NCBI GenBank assembly: GCA_037431425.1 | Contig: GCA_037431425.1_4129.2 | Source: a phage | Reading direction: 5' to 3' (one strand) | DNA length: 64,000 bases | Part shown: positions 52,865 to 61,930 of the stretch, piece after piece | Layout: the number at the start of each line of letters is the position of its first letter | How positions within the stretch are numbered: position 1 is the stretch's first letter | Made by a program: the position numbers and the translations under genes | The notes under the pieces: generated by a model | The model's input: the letters and a program-made list of their open reading frames with translations, nothing else | What the model was told of the DNA's origin: nothing | Databases searched by the model: none

Positions 52865-53713
52865 ATGGAGGATATAATGGCGAATTTAAAACTACTACAA
52901 GAAGCAATTGCGGCGTTTGCAAATGGCGAGCAAGATATTGCTGATAAAAAAATGCGTAAGTATTTTGTTGAACAAGCACAAGAAATTAACAAAAAGCTAG
53001 AAGAAAGCATGGAAGACGAAGAAAGCATTGAAGATGAAGACGTCGAAGATGAAGAAAAGCTTGATGAAGATTTTGACGTACAACCAGATGCAGGTCTTAA
53101 TGCAGAAATCCAATACACCCTTGGTGAAGAAGATGAAAGTGCAGAAGACGAAGTTGAGATTTCTGCTGATGCAGATGCCGATGGTGAAGATGATGTTGAT
53201 GTTGATGTAAAAGCAGATGCTGAAGTTCCTTCTGAAGATCAATGGGAATCAATTCAAGATGCTTTCCGTGGTCTACAGCAAATGTTTGATGAAATTGGTG
53301 ATGGTGAAGTTGACCTAGACTCCGATGAAGAAGTCGAAGATAGTGAAGAAGAAGTTGGTGTTGATGGTGATGATGAATTCGCTGATATTGAATTTGGTGA
53401 TGAAAAAATCGGTGAATCATTCAAACTAGAAAAAGTTGCACCAGTTGATAAGAAAGAAAAAGCAGGAACTCATACTAAATCACCAGTTGCACCAGAAGCT
53501 AAATCACCAGTAGATGGTGTAGAACCAGTTAAATTCGCTAAGAAAACTGATCAAGCACCACTAGTTGATCTTGATGATAAATCTGTTCTACCAAAAGATA
53601 ATCTAGATCTTGGTAAAAACGCTCGTGGTGAAATGAAAGATGTCAAAGAACCAAAAACTACTGCATCTAAGTCCAAATCACCACTAAGCAAAGCACAACC
53701 TAAACTAAAATAA
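52865..53713 (+). CDS. Extremely acidic protein (282 aa), prohead core / internal protein candidate (gp68 position)
   Basis: Asp/Glu-rich N-terminal two thirds, Lys/Pro-rich C-terminus; GGAGGA lies between first ATG (52865) and second ATG (52877), so the start may be 52877. Confidence 0.5.
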   Translation: MEDIMANLKLLQEAIAAFANGEQDIADKKMRKYFVEQAQEINKKLEESMEDEESIEDEDVEDEEKLDEDFDVQPDAGLNAEIQYTLGEEDESAEDEVEISADADADGEDDVDVDVKADAEVPSEDQWESIQDAFRGLQQMFDEIGDGEVDLDSDEEVEDSEEEVGVDGDDEFADIEFGDEKIGESFKLEKVAPVDKKEKAGTHTKSPVAPEAKSPVDGVEPVKFAKKTDQAPLVDLDDKSVLPKDNLDLGKNARGEMKDVKEPKTTASKSKSPLSKAQPKLK

Positions 53714-53733
53714 ATATCTGAAAGGAGATCATT

Positions 53734-54357
53734 ATGAGTAGTATGATTCGTGAATGGTCTTCATTCAATGATTCTAAAGTTGTTTTGGAACATCGTGATA
53801 ATGGATTTGGTGGGCGTGATTGCTATCTTCGTGGCATTGCTATTCAAGCTGACCAACGAAATTTGAACGAGAGAATTTACCCTTTATCTGAAATTACAAG
53901 GGCAGTAAATAACATGAACCAGCGTTTAGCTAAAGGTGAAAGCATTCTTGTTGAATGTGACCATCCAGAAACATTAACTATTAATCTGGACCGAGTAGCA
54001 GCAATGATTACTAAGGTTTGGATGGAAGGTGCTAATGGTATGGCAGAAATCAAATTACTTGATACTGCACATGGTCAAAATATCCGTAAAATGCTAGAGG
54101 CTGGTGTGAAACTTGGTGTAAGTTCTCGCGGTTCCGGTAACGTTGATTATAATGGAATAGTTTCTGATTTTGAAATTATCACTATTGATATTGTTGCTCA
54201 ACCTAGTGCTCCAGAAGCATACCCAACAGCGGTATTTGAATCTCTGATGAGTAAGTACGGATCACCTTGTAAAAGTTCTAAAAAAATCACTGAATCTAAA
54301 AAGGTAAATAACTTAGATTCTGAAATATACGATTTTTTCAAGAAATTAAAAGGTTAA
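53734..54357 (+). CDS. 21: Prohead protease, T4 gp21-like (207 aa)
   Basis: NLNERIYP, VECDHP, GVSSRGSG, IDIVAQPSAPEAYP parallel T4 gp21 NRNKRLYP, GELNHP, GVSSRGLG, VDAVWGPSAPDAWV; RBS AAAGGAG. Confidence 0.8.
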   Translation: MSSMIREWSSFNDSKVVLEHRDNGFGGRDCYLRGIAIQADQRNLNERIYPLSEITRAVNNMNQRLAKGESILVECDHPETLTINLDRVAAMITKVWMEGANGMAEIKLLDTAHGQNIRKMLEAGVKLGVSSRGSGNVDYNGIVSDFEIITIDIVAQPSAPEAYPTAVFESLMSKYGSPCKSSKKITESKKVNNLDSEIYDFFKKLKG

Positions 54358-54368
54358 CATTTTAAAAA

Positions 54369-54376
54369 TATAAATA
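54369..54376 (+). promoter_or_regulatory. T4-type late promoter box (TATAAATA) upstream of scaffold gene
   Basis: Exact TATAAATA 47 nt upstream of ATG at 54424; overlaps a 10-bp inverted repeat AATATCTGTA/TACAGATATT (54373-54400). Confidence 0.45.
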
Positions 54377-54423
54377 TCTGTATATTGAAGTACAGATATT
54401 TCAGTACTTAAAGGAGAGAACGA

Positions 54424-55539
54424 ATGTCTAAATTAGAAAAGCTTCTAAAAGAATCATCTCTTTCTGATGAGGCAAAACAGCTAATTCAGGAAGCATGGAA
54501 TGAAGAAAAGAATACACTAGCCGCAGAGATGCGTGAAGAAATGAAAGGTCGTTACCAGCAAGATTTGGCTGAACTAACTGAAGGTTTGAATACTATGGTT
54601 ACTCAAGTCATTGCTGAAGAAATGGGTGCTGTATATGAAGAGAAAAAACGTCTTGTAGAAGATCGTGTAACTCTACGTAAAACACTAAGTAATTTCTCTG
54701 CGTTTTCAAACTCTGTATTGGCAGAAGAAGTTAAACAAATGCGTAAAGAACGTAAGCATCTTCATGAATGTATGGGTAAATTTGTTAATTTTTCTAACGG
54801 TATCCTAGCAGAAGAGCTAAAAGAATTCCACAATGAAAAACGTCAACTAGTTGAAACACGTGTAAAACTACTTGCTGAAGGTTCACGTCAAATTGCTGAA
54901 GCTCGTAATAACTTCATCAAACGTACATCTGAAAGTGCTGCTAAATATATTGCAGAGACAACTCAGAAGAATCTATATGCGTTAAAACAAGATCTAGTGG
55001 AAGCGAAACAAAATATGTTTGGTCGTAAAATCTTTGAAGCATTTGCTCAAGAATTTAATGTCAAACAATTCAATGAAAATTCATTGCTACGTTCACTAAC
55101 TGAAACAATTAAATCTAAAGAAGATGAAATTGATCAAGTTAAGCAAGAACTACATGAAACTGTTAATGCGGTCAAAGCTGCTAAAACTAAACTACGTATT
55201 ATGGAAGATGCACAAGCCCGTAATGCGATTATGTCTGAACTAGTAAAACCACTAACAGCACAGCAAAAACAAATTATGGAATCCCTTCTAGCAACTTCAC
55301 CTACTGAAAAGCTTAAAGAAGATTTCAATAAGTACCATAAGTCAGTTCTTAACGGTACTAAAGTAAATGAATCTGCTACCACTCGTCAAGCAGTTCAGTC
55401 TTCCGCTAAGAAAACTCTTGCAGAAGGTAAAGTAATCACTGGCAACCGTCAGGCTATTGTTGAAAGCGAAGAAATGACCGCTGACGATATGGCATTCCTA
55501 AAAGAACTTGATGTTCTTTCTGGTATCAATAAAAAATAA
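54424..55539 (+). CDS. 22: Prohead scaffold protein, T4 gp22-like (371 aa)
   Basis: Glu/Lys-rich, predicted all-helical; located between protease and major capsid genes as in T4. Confidence 0.65.
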   Translation: MSKLEKLLKESSLSDEAKQLIQEAWNEEKNTLAAEMREEMKGRYQQDLAELTEGLNTMVTQVIAEEMGAVYEEKKRLVEDRVTLRKTLSNFSAFSNSVLAEEVKQMRKERKHLHECMGKFVNFSNGILAEELKEFHNEKRQLVETRVKLLAEGSRQIAEARNNFIKRTSESAAKYIAETTQKNLYALKQDLVEAKQNMFGRKIFEAFAQEFNVKQFNENSLLRSLTETIKSKEDEIDQVKQELHETVNAVKAAKTKLRIMEDAQARNAIMSELVKPLTAQQKQIMESLLATSPTEKLKEDFNKYHKSVLNGTKVNESATTRQAVQSSAKKTLAEGKVITGNRQAIVESEEMTADDMAFLKELDVLSGINKK

Positions 55540-55577
55540 ATATTTTAAAGCATTTTAATAATCAAATTTTTCAGTTC

Positions 55578-55585
55578 TATAAATA
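55578..55585 (+). promoter_or_regulatory. T4-type late promoter box (TATAAATA) upstream of major capsid gene
   Basis: Exact TATAAATA 45 nt upstream of ATG at 55631. Confidence 0.5.
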
Positions 55586-55630
55586 ATAACATACTGAAAA
55601 ACGAATATAACATCTTTAAGGAGATATATA

Positions 55631-56806
55631 ATGTCACAACTACTAAATGAATCCAAATGGGTAGCAGTAAAAGAGAAACTAGTTGAAGGTCTACAGGGTA
55701 CTCGTAAGTCTGTAATGGAAACTGTTCTTGATAACCATCGTAAAGTTATGCTAACTGAATCTGCAACTTCTGGTGCAACTACTGCTGGTAACATCGCTAC
55801 TCTAAACAAAGTGATTCTACCAATTATGCGTCGTGTAATGCCAACTGTTATTGCTAACGAAATTATCGGTGTTCAACCAATGACTGGTCCAGTTGGTCAG
55901 ATTCACACCCTACGTGTGCAATATGCTGATAATGCACCTGGTGTTATTGCTGGTGAAGAAATGCTTTCTCCATACAAAATTGCAAAATCCTACTCTGGTG
56001 AACTAAATTCTGATAATAGCAACCCACAAGCTGCACCTACTAGTCAACTAGAAGGTACTATGGGTCGTCGCGTAAATATCCGTATCCTACGTGAAACTGT
56101 TGAAGCGAAATCACGCCGTCTATCTGCACGTTGGACTGTTGAATCTGCACAAGATGCACAATCTCAACATGGTGTTGATGTTGAAGCTGAACTAATGGCA
56201 GCAATTGCACAAGAAGTTACTGTAGAAATCGACCAAGAACTACTAAGCCGTCTACGTGCACTACCAGGTGCTGCTGCTGTAACTTATGACCAATCTAAAG
56301 TTACTGGTGTTGCAACTTTCGTAGGTGATGAACACGCTGCTCTAGCTACCCTAATCAACCGTCAAGCAAACGAAGTTGCTCGTCGTACCAAGCGTGGTGC
56401 AGCAAACTGGGCTGTTGTTTCCCCAACTGCTCTAACCATTCTACAGTCTGCAACTACTTCTAGCTTTGCACGTACCACTGAAGGTACTTTTGAAGCACCA
56501 ACTAACGTTAAGTTTGTAGGTACTCTAAACAGCACCATGCGTATCTTTGTTGATACCTATGCAAGTGATTCTGAAGATATCCTAATTGGTTATAAAGGTA
56601 ATGCTGAAACTGATGCTGGTGTATTCTATTGCCCATACATCCCACTAATGGCATCCGGTACTGTTATGGACCCTAACACTGGTGAATTGGTTACAACTTT
56701 CCTAACTCGTTATGGTTACGTACAATTGACCGACAGCACTTCCTCTCTTGGTAACGCTGCTGACTACTATAGCAAAATCGCTATCAAAAACGTTACTTTC
56801 ATGTAA
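55631..56806 (+). CDS. 23: Major capsid protein, T4 gp23-like (391 aa)
   Basis: GVQPM motif; TVEAKSRRLSARWTVESAQDAQSQHGVDVEAEL parallels T4 gp23 VIEAKSRQLKAAYSIELAQDLRAVHGMDADAEL; N-terminal VMLTE/SA resembles the gp21 cleavage site; RBS AAGGAG. Confidence 0.9.
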   Translation: MSQLLNESKWVAVKEKLVEGLQGTRKSVMETVLDNHRKVMLTESATSGATTAGNIATLNKVILPIMRRVMPTVIANEIIGVQPMTGPVGQIHTLRVQYADNAPGVIAGEEMLSPYKIAKSYSGELNSDNSNPQAAPTSQLEGTMGRRVNIRILRETVEAKSRRLSARWTVESAQDAQSQHGVDVEAELMAAIAQEVTVEIDQELLSRLRALPGAAAVTYDQSKVTGVATFVGDEHAALATLINRQANEVARRTKRGAANWAVVSPTALTILQSATTSSFARTTEGTFEAPTNVKFVGTLNSTMRIFVDTYASDSEDILIGYKGNAETDAGVFYCPYIPLMASGTVMDPNTGELVTTFLTRYGYVQLTDSTSSLGNAADYYSKIAIKNVTFM

Positions 56807-56848
56807 TTATAATCGATTTAAAAAAATAATCAAGAAATTAAAAACAAA

Positions 56849-56878
56849 AAGGGACTCTGATGAGTCCCTTTTCTTTTA
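56849..56878 (+). terminator. Intrinsic terminator after the major capsid gene
   Basis: Stem AAGGGACTC / GAGTCCCTT, loop TGAT, followed by TTTTCTTTTATC. Confidence 0.65.
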
Positions 56879-56886
56879 TCTAAATA

Positions 56887-56916
56887 TTGACAAACAGTAC
56901 TGAAACATGTTATGCT
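56887..56916 (+). promoter_or_regulatory. Sigma70-like promoter for the endonuclease-like gene
   Basis: Consensus TTGACA (56887-56892) - 18 nt - TGtTATGCT (56908-56916). Confidence 0.4.
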
Positions 56917-56948
56917 TATGTAAATATAGTAACTATAGAGGAATTTAA

Positions 56949-58547
56949 ATGCTTGGTGAAATCAAACAGTTTTTGAAGACGAAAAAGTTAAGAGGTGTAA
57001 AATCTGCACTTCAAGCAAAACCATTATATGTTGATTACTTAAAAGAAATTTATGGTGATATCGAACTGAATGTTATCATTTACATGGTATTGAATGATAT
57101 TAAAGAAATTCCAAAAGCAAAATGTGGTAACGATGTAAAGTTTGTTAATTTAATTGAGGGATTCAGTGACAGATGTAATCTACCGTTTCAGGGAAAAAAT
57201 AAATGTAAAGTTTGTTCTGTAATGATTTCTGAAAAAAGAAAAAGTACATACAAGAATAAAACTGGGTATGATAATCCCGGACAGAATCCAGACGTTCGTG
57301 ACAAGATGTCAAGAACTAATATTAATCGTTACGGAACTACTGTTCCCCAGCAGACCGATGTTGTCAAAAAACGTTCAATTGAGACAAATATTCTTAAGTA
57401 CGGAGTTGAACATCCCTCAATGTTGGAAGAAAACAAAGAGAAACGCCAAAAAACTGTTTTTGAAAAGTATGGTGTAGATAATGTACTTAAAACTACACAT
57501 AAACGCCTTGAAGAACGTTATATGAATTTCAAGAAAAAATATGAATATTCTGGAAAATATACATTACTTAGTTCAATTGAAGAGTATGATTCTTCTGTTA
57601 ATGGTGTTAAAAGTATTCTTTTATGGAAATGTAATACTTGCAACAATACTTTCAATAAAGTTGCACCGTGTTTAAGATGTCCTAAATGTGAACCATACTC
57701 TTCCAGTACTGAAGAAGTTGAATTATATGAATATATTTCATCAATCTATGACGGTGTAATTATCCAGAATAGTAGGAATATTATCACAGGTAATGAGATT
57801 GATATTTTCATTCCAGAACTGAAACTTGGTATTGAGTTCAATGGTGAGTACTGGCACAGAGACGAAGTGCGTGGTAATAATTATCATCAGAGCAAATATA
57901 TTCGTATGAAGGAAAATGGCAACAAACTTATTACTATATATAGTAATGAATGGCGTAATAAAACTGACATCGTTAAGCGTAGATTAAAAAGCATTTTAAA
58001 TACTGATAATAGAGTGTACGCTCGTAAGTGTACTATCGGTTTAGTTCAGAATGATGTATGTGATGAGTTTTTGAATACATATCATATACAGGGTAAGTGT
58101 AGTTCTTCGATTCGCGTAGGTCTGTATTTGGAAACAGAACTTGTTGCAGTAATGACATTCGGTAAACCAAGATTTAACAAAGAATATGAATATGAACTAC
58201 TCCGTTATTGTTCCAAAGATACAGTGGTTGGTGGTGCTTCAAAACTGTTAAAATATTTCGAAATTACACATGTTCCAAAATCTTTGATATCTTATGCTGA
58301 TATGAACTGGAGTTCTGGTAATCTATATGAAGCAATTGGGTTTCAATTTGTTGAAATGACGAAACCTGGATATTTCTATTATGATAAAAAAACAGAAACC
58401 ACATATTCCAGATACCAATGTCAAAAGCAAAAATTAATATCAAAGTTTGGATTTCCTAATACAATGACAGAGAATGAAATGACACGATCACTTGGTTATT
58501 ACAAAATATATGATTGTGGTAATTTAGTATATAAAAAAGAATACTAA
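56949..58547 (+). CDS. Putative free-standing homing-endonuclease-like protein (532 aa): triple 23-aa repeat, zinc ribbon, Vsr/DUF559-type nuclease core
   Basis: Repeats NPDVRDKMSRTNINRYG / QTDVVKKRSIETNILKYG / EENKEKRQKTVFEKYG; CNTCN...CLRCPKC; EIDIFIPELKLGIEFNGEYWH resembles the PD-(D/E)xK core of Vsr-like endonucleases; inserted between capsid and fibre genes. Confidence 0.4.
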   Translation: MLGEIKQFLKTKKLRGVKSALQAKPLYVDYLKEIYGDIELNVIIYMVLNDIKEIPKAKCGNDVKFVNLIEGFSDRCNLPFQGKNKCKVCSVMISEKRKSTYKNKTGYDNPGQNPDVRDKMSRTNINRYGTTVPQQTDVVKKRSIETNILKYGVEHPSMLEENKEKRQKTVFEKYGVDNVLKTTHKRLEERYMNFKKKYEYSGKYTLLSSIEEYDSSVNGVKSILLWKCNTCNNTFNKVAPCLRCPKCEPYSSSTEEVELYEYISSIYDGVIIQNSRNIITGNEIDIFIPELKLGIEFNGEYWHRDEVRGNNYHQSKYIRMKENGNKLITIYSNEWRNKTDIVKRRLKSILNTDNRVYARKCTIGLVQNDVCDEFLNTYHIQGKCSSSIRVGLYLETELVAVMTFGKPRFNKEYEYELLRYCSKDTVVGGASKLLKYFEITHVPKSLISYADMNWSSGNLYEAIGFQFVEMTKPGYFYYDKKTETTYSRYQCQKQKLISKFGFPNTMTENEMTRSLGYYKIYDCGNLVYKKEY

Positions 58548-58566
58548 AATACATTATTGAAACAAG

Positions 58567-58926
58567 GTGGTTTCGGTGTTAACTGTATATATTTTTAAGA
58601 AAGAAGAGTACTTAAAGAGTCAGTACTCTAAAATTGAGATTAACGTTCCCTATGGAACATTGGTTGGTTATGACGAATCTAGCGAAACCTTGTTTTATAA
58701 TGATGATAAACTTGACTATAGCATTGATTCATTTATTGAAGATATACTTGATTGTAATACAGAAGATATGTTGTATGAAGAATACTTAGATGCGTACAGA
58801 GAACGTATGTCAAAGTTACATGCTGACGCTCCAGTACTAAACATTACACAAAAATCTTCTGAATTTGAACCACATAATCCGTTTCAACGTTTAATTGATA
58901 TTGGTTTAAAATTCACTATTAATTGA
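58567..58926 (+). CDS. Hypothetical protein (~117-119 aa)
   Basis: Track start is GTG at 58567; an in-frame GTG at 58576 has a better RBS (AAGGTGG); no motif recognised. Confidence 0.4.
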   Translation: MVSVLTVYIFKKEEYLKSQYSKIEINVPYGTLVGYDESSETLFYNDDKLDYSIDSFIEDILDCNTEDMLYEEYLDAYRERMSKLHADAPVLNITQKSSEFEPHNPFQRLIDIGLKFTIN

Positions 58927-58965
58927 TAGATAAATATCTCCATATTAATGATGGAGATTGAATCT

Positions 58966-59274
58966 ATGTCACAAATATGTTATGTTATCATAAATTCTGC
59001 GTGGCCTGATTATGTTAAGATTGGGTTCACATCAAAATCCGAAATGACTGAGCGTTTGAGAACATATCAGACAGCTACACCTTTCAGAGATTTTGAGGTA
59101 TACCATGAGGTGTATTTTGATGATGCACGTTTGGCTGAAAAAGAAATTCATAAAAGACTAAAGCAAATGAATGCAATTAGACAACCGAACACTGAGTGGT
59201 TTAAAATGTCTAAAAAGATCGCCGCAAACATTATTGACTCCATAAGGGATGATATGGATAATGATATGTTATAG
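58966..59274 (+). CDS. T5orf172-domain (GIY-YIG superfamily-like) small protein (~102 aa)
   Basis: ICYVIINSAWPDYVKIGFTS...RL..YQT...EWF pattern typical of the T5orf172 domain; start taken at third ATG (58966), 9 nt after GGAG; track start 58948. Confidence 0.45.
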   Translation: MSQICYVIINSAWPDYVKIGFTSKSEMTERLRTYQTATPFRDFEVYHEVYFDDARLAEKEIHKRLKQMNAIRQPNTEWFKMSKKIAANIIDSIRDDMDNDML

Positions 59275-59275
59275 G

Positions 59276-59283
59276 AATAAATA
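59276..59283 (+). promoter_or_regulatory. Late-promoter-like box (AATAAATA) upstream of the collar-domain fibre gene
   Basis: AATAAATA 31 nt upstream of ATG at 59315. Confidence 0.4.
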
Positions 59284-59314
59284 TAGTATATATTAATCAT
59301 AAAGGGATTTATAC

Positions 59315-60928
59315 ATGAGCATAAGTTTTAATAACCCACTGGATACAATGACCAGTACTGGTGCTAATGGTTCTTTGGAACTAATAGTGCTTGGTGGTAC
59401 ACCAACTAACCCAAGACCTATTCGTTTTAATTCATCATCAGTTATTATGCCAGTAAAAACATTACCGACTGGTGAACAAGGTGCAATGGTTTTTGATAGA
59501 AACGAATTAGTGTTAAAGTATCATAATGGTACTAGTTGGATTGCAATATACGACAATGATACTATTTTAGAACCAATTAGGGTTTCGTTGGATGAAGTAA
59601 ACAGAAAATTAAACTTAAAGGTTGAAAGTGTAACATACAGTAGTAGTTCTGTTCCAAGTGCAAGTATCAGTGGAACAAACTTAAACATCGTATTCCCTAC
59701 TGTTTCTAGTGGTGGTGGTTCAGGGCCAACTGGCCTTTATACTTCACTTAAACCTGGTGTTATCACACAGTACGCATTGACTTCTGGTCAAAACGTTGCT
59801 AGTATACGTGAACAAATGTCTGGACAAACCAATGGTCAAAATGGACGAAATGGTTCGCAAGCTGCTCCATGGAAAACATCAGATGGATGGTGCTTTGCTG
59901 ATGGTATGTGGTGGCAATGGGAAGGTGAAAATGGCACAGTTACTAAACAAGTACCAAATCTTAACAGAAACGCGTATTTAAAAGGGATATCCACATCAGG
60001 GGTAACCAAAACGGATAGTGTTATTGGGAGCAGTGGTAACATTAGCGGAACTGTTTTGAGTGTAGCACAATTGCCTTCACATTCATTTAGTTTTAGCGGA
60101 AGAACTGATGCTGCTGGTCGCCACAGCCATAGTCAAGCACTAAAAGGTATGGACCGAAGTGGTCTAAATGCGTTAACATCAAGTAATGATAACGGTATAC
60201 CAACAGTAATTAGTAACATTAATGAAGCACCAGACCATGTTCACTCATTTAGTGGAAACACAAACACACTTGGTGGGAATCAGCCACATTATCATGGTAT
60301 CAGTAATGTTGATGTTGAGCACTTTAACGTGGCATATTTATATAACATTGCAGAATCAAACGTAGCACTGAGTGAAAAAGTAGCAAATACGCGTTATGTA
60401 CTGAAATCAGGTGATACAATGACTGGTTCTTTAACTATTGCCAACAGTGCATCTATTAAGTCTAATGATACATCATTAGTTCTATATTTCCGTAACGCAA
60501 GCGGCGGTGAACGTGCGGCTGTTTACCATAATTCATCAAACAACACGTTGCGATTACGTTCCGGTGGTGCTGAAGTAGCAGTAAACTCTTCAGGTAACTT
60601 GTCTGCTCCTTCATTAACTGTTTCTAATAATTCAGCTACTGTTGGTGGTAAAAATATTGTTCGCACTATCAATGGTACAGCGGCTGATGGTAATGGTAAT
60701 GTTTCATTGCAAATTAATTCGAATAACGTACAAAGTATTCGTTTGAGTGCAAGAATTGAAACAAGTAAAATTCCAGATTCTTCATGGACATACGCACCTG
60801 AAGGTGCACTCATGGATGGTGTATGGATTTCAGTGAACGGTAGTTCAGGAACTCATTTGGAACGTATTAGCTATCGTTATATTCAAATGCAGGTAAATGG
60901 CAATTGGGAAACGGTACGACAACAATAA
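59315..60928 (+). CDS. Tail fibre protein with tail-collar / gp12-like receptor-binding region (537 aa)
   Basis: WCFADGMWWQWEG and histidine clusters (LPSHSFSFSG, HSHS, HVHSF, PHYHG) resemble the collar domain and the T4 gp12 C-terminal region; followed by a chaperone-like gene. Confidence 0.55.
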   Translation: MSISFNNPLDTMTSTGANGSLELIVLGGTPTNPRPIRFNSSSVIMPVKTLPTGEQGAMVFDRNELVLKYHNGTSWIAIYDNDTILEPIRVSLDEVNRKLNLKVESVTYSSSSVPSASISGTNLNIVFPTVSSGGGSGPTGLYTSLKPGVITQYALTSGQNVASIREQMSGQTNGQNGRNGSQAAPWKTSDGWCFADGMWWQWEGENGTVTKQVPNLNRNAYLKGISTSGVTKTDSVIGSSGNISGTVLSVAQLPSHSFSFSGRTDAAGRHSHSQALKGMDRSGLNALTSSNDNGIPTVISNINEAPDHVHSFSGNTNTLGGNQPHYHGISNVDVEHFNVAYLYNIAESNVALSEKVANTRYVLKSGDTMTGSLTIANSASIKSNDTSLVLYFRNASGGERAAVYHNSSNNTLRLRSGGAEVAVNSSGNLSAPSLTVSNNSATVGGKNIVRTINGTAADGNGNVSLQINSNNVQSIRLSARIETSKIPDSSWTYAPEGALMDGVWISVNGSSGTHLERISYRYIQMQVNGNWETVRQQ

Positions 60929-60940
60929 GGAAATGTGCAA

Positions 60941-61450
60941 ATGCAACTAACTAATTTTAAGATGTACGATAAAGAAGATGGAAATCCAAATTCTTTGTAT
61001 ATGATGTCCGATGAAGGCATGGATTGGTATGAATCTCGTGGTCTGTTTGACATTAACAAAGCCAAATTTATGTATGATGCCAATGGATTGATAGTTTCTG
61101 CATCATATGACATTTATGATCTAGTACCTTTGGGGTTTAGTGTTTCTGAAATTGAGTACGATGGTGACGTTAACAAACTTTATGGTATGATTTATGATGG
61201 TAAAACTATCAAGGAGTATGTAGAAACCAAAGAAGAAAAGATTGAACGTCTTAAGATTGAATTGGAAAAATTAAAATACTCTGCAATTCAACAGCTTGGG
61301 CATTTGAAAACAGCTATGGATCTTGAGTTAGCATCAGATGAAGAAGCTGTATTGTTTGCAAAATTAAAAGAGTATGTAACACAATTGTCGTCAATTAAAC
61401 CAGTAGATATGGTCAAAAAAACATTTTCATTTCCAGTCAAACCTGAATAA
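60941..61450 (+). CDS. Tail fibre assembly chaperone-like protein (~169 aa)
   Basis: C-terminal KEEKIERLKIELEKLKYSAIQQLGHLKTAMDLELASDEEAVLFAKLKEYVTQL resembles Tfa/gp38-type chaperones; follows a fibre gene; track start GTG at 60935, ATG at 60941 has RBS AAGGAA. Confidence 0.5.
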   Translation: MQLTNFKMYDKEDGNPNSLYMMSDEGMDWYESRGLFDINKAKFMYDANGLIVSASYDIYDLVPLGFSVSEIEYDGDVNKLYGMIYDGKTIKEYVETKEEKIERLKIELEKLKYSAIQQLGHLKTAMDLELASDEEAVLFAKLKEYVTQLSSIKPVDMVKKTFSFPVKPE

Positions 61451-61486
61451 AAATTGAGACAGCACTGAAATGTATGATACAATTTA

Positions 61487-61522
61487 GTCATCTCACCAGC
61501 GGTGGTGAGGTGACATTTTTTT
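61487..61522 (+). terminator. Intrinsic terminator after the chaperone-like gene
   Basis: 11-bp stem GTCATCTCACC / GGTGAGGTGAC (one G-U pair), loop AGCGGT, then A + T7. Confidence 0.6.
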
Positions 61523-61547
61523 CAAAACAAACATGGAGAAATACAAA

Positions 61548-61850
61548 ATGGCTAAATCCAAAAAAGAAGTTAAAGTTGAAATTCGTGATCTAAACGATGA
61601 ACAGCGTAAACGTCTCGGTGATGCACTTAACAACATCGTAGTCCAACTAACTTTTATCGATGATACTAAAGCATCTTTATCTGATTTTGTTTCTAGTGTT
61701 TCAGACGAACTTGGTATTGATGCATCCGATATCAAACAAGCGGCACAACGTATGTACAAAGGTGATTACTTTGACAAACAAAGTAAACTAGATAATATTG
61801 AAACTATTCTAAGTGTTACCAACAATCTTCCACAAGCAGACGATTACTAA
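61548..61850 (+). CDS. Hypothetical small acidic protein (~100 aa)
   Basis: ORF; GGAG lies inside the track's first codons, so start moved to ATG at 61548; followed by a terminator. Confidence 0.45.
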   Translation: MAKSKKEVKVEIRDLNDEQRKRLGDALNNIVVQLTFIDDTKASLSDFVSSVSDELGIDASDIKQAAQRMYKGDYFDKQSKLDNIETILSVTNNLPQADDY

Positions 61851-61874
61851 TTTGTAATAAAAATATATTAAATT

Positions 61875-61902
61875 GCCTCCATGGACGGAGGCATTATTTT
61901 TA
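61875..61902 (+). terminator. Intrinsic terminator upstream of the DNA polymerase gene
   Basis: Stem GCCTCC / GGAGGC, loop ATGGAC, followed by ATTATTTTTA. Confidence 0.55.
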
Positions 61903-61930
61903 ACTTAATAAACGTAAGGGAATACTAACG

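Noticed and set aside
52837-53420. Three minus-strand ORFs (93, 81, 107 aa) and a 60-aa plus-strand ORF
   Set aside because: Artifacts of the GAA/GAT-rich low-complexity coding of the acidic protein (antisense gives Ser/Phe/His-rich runs).
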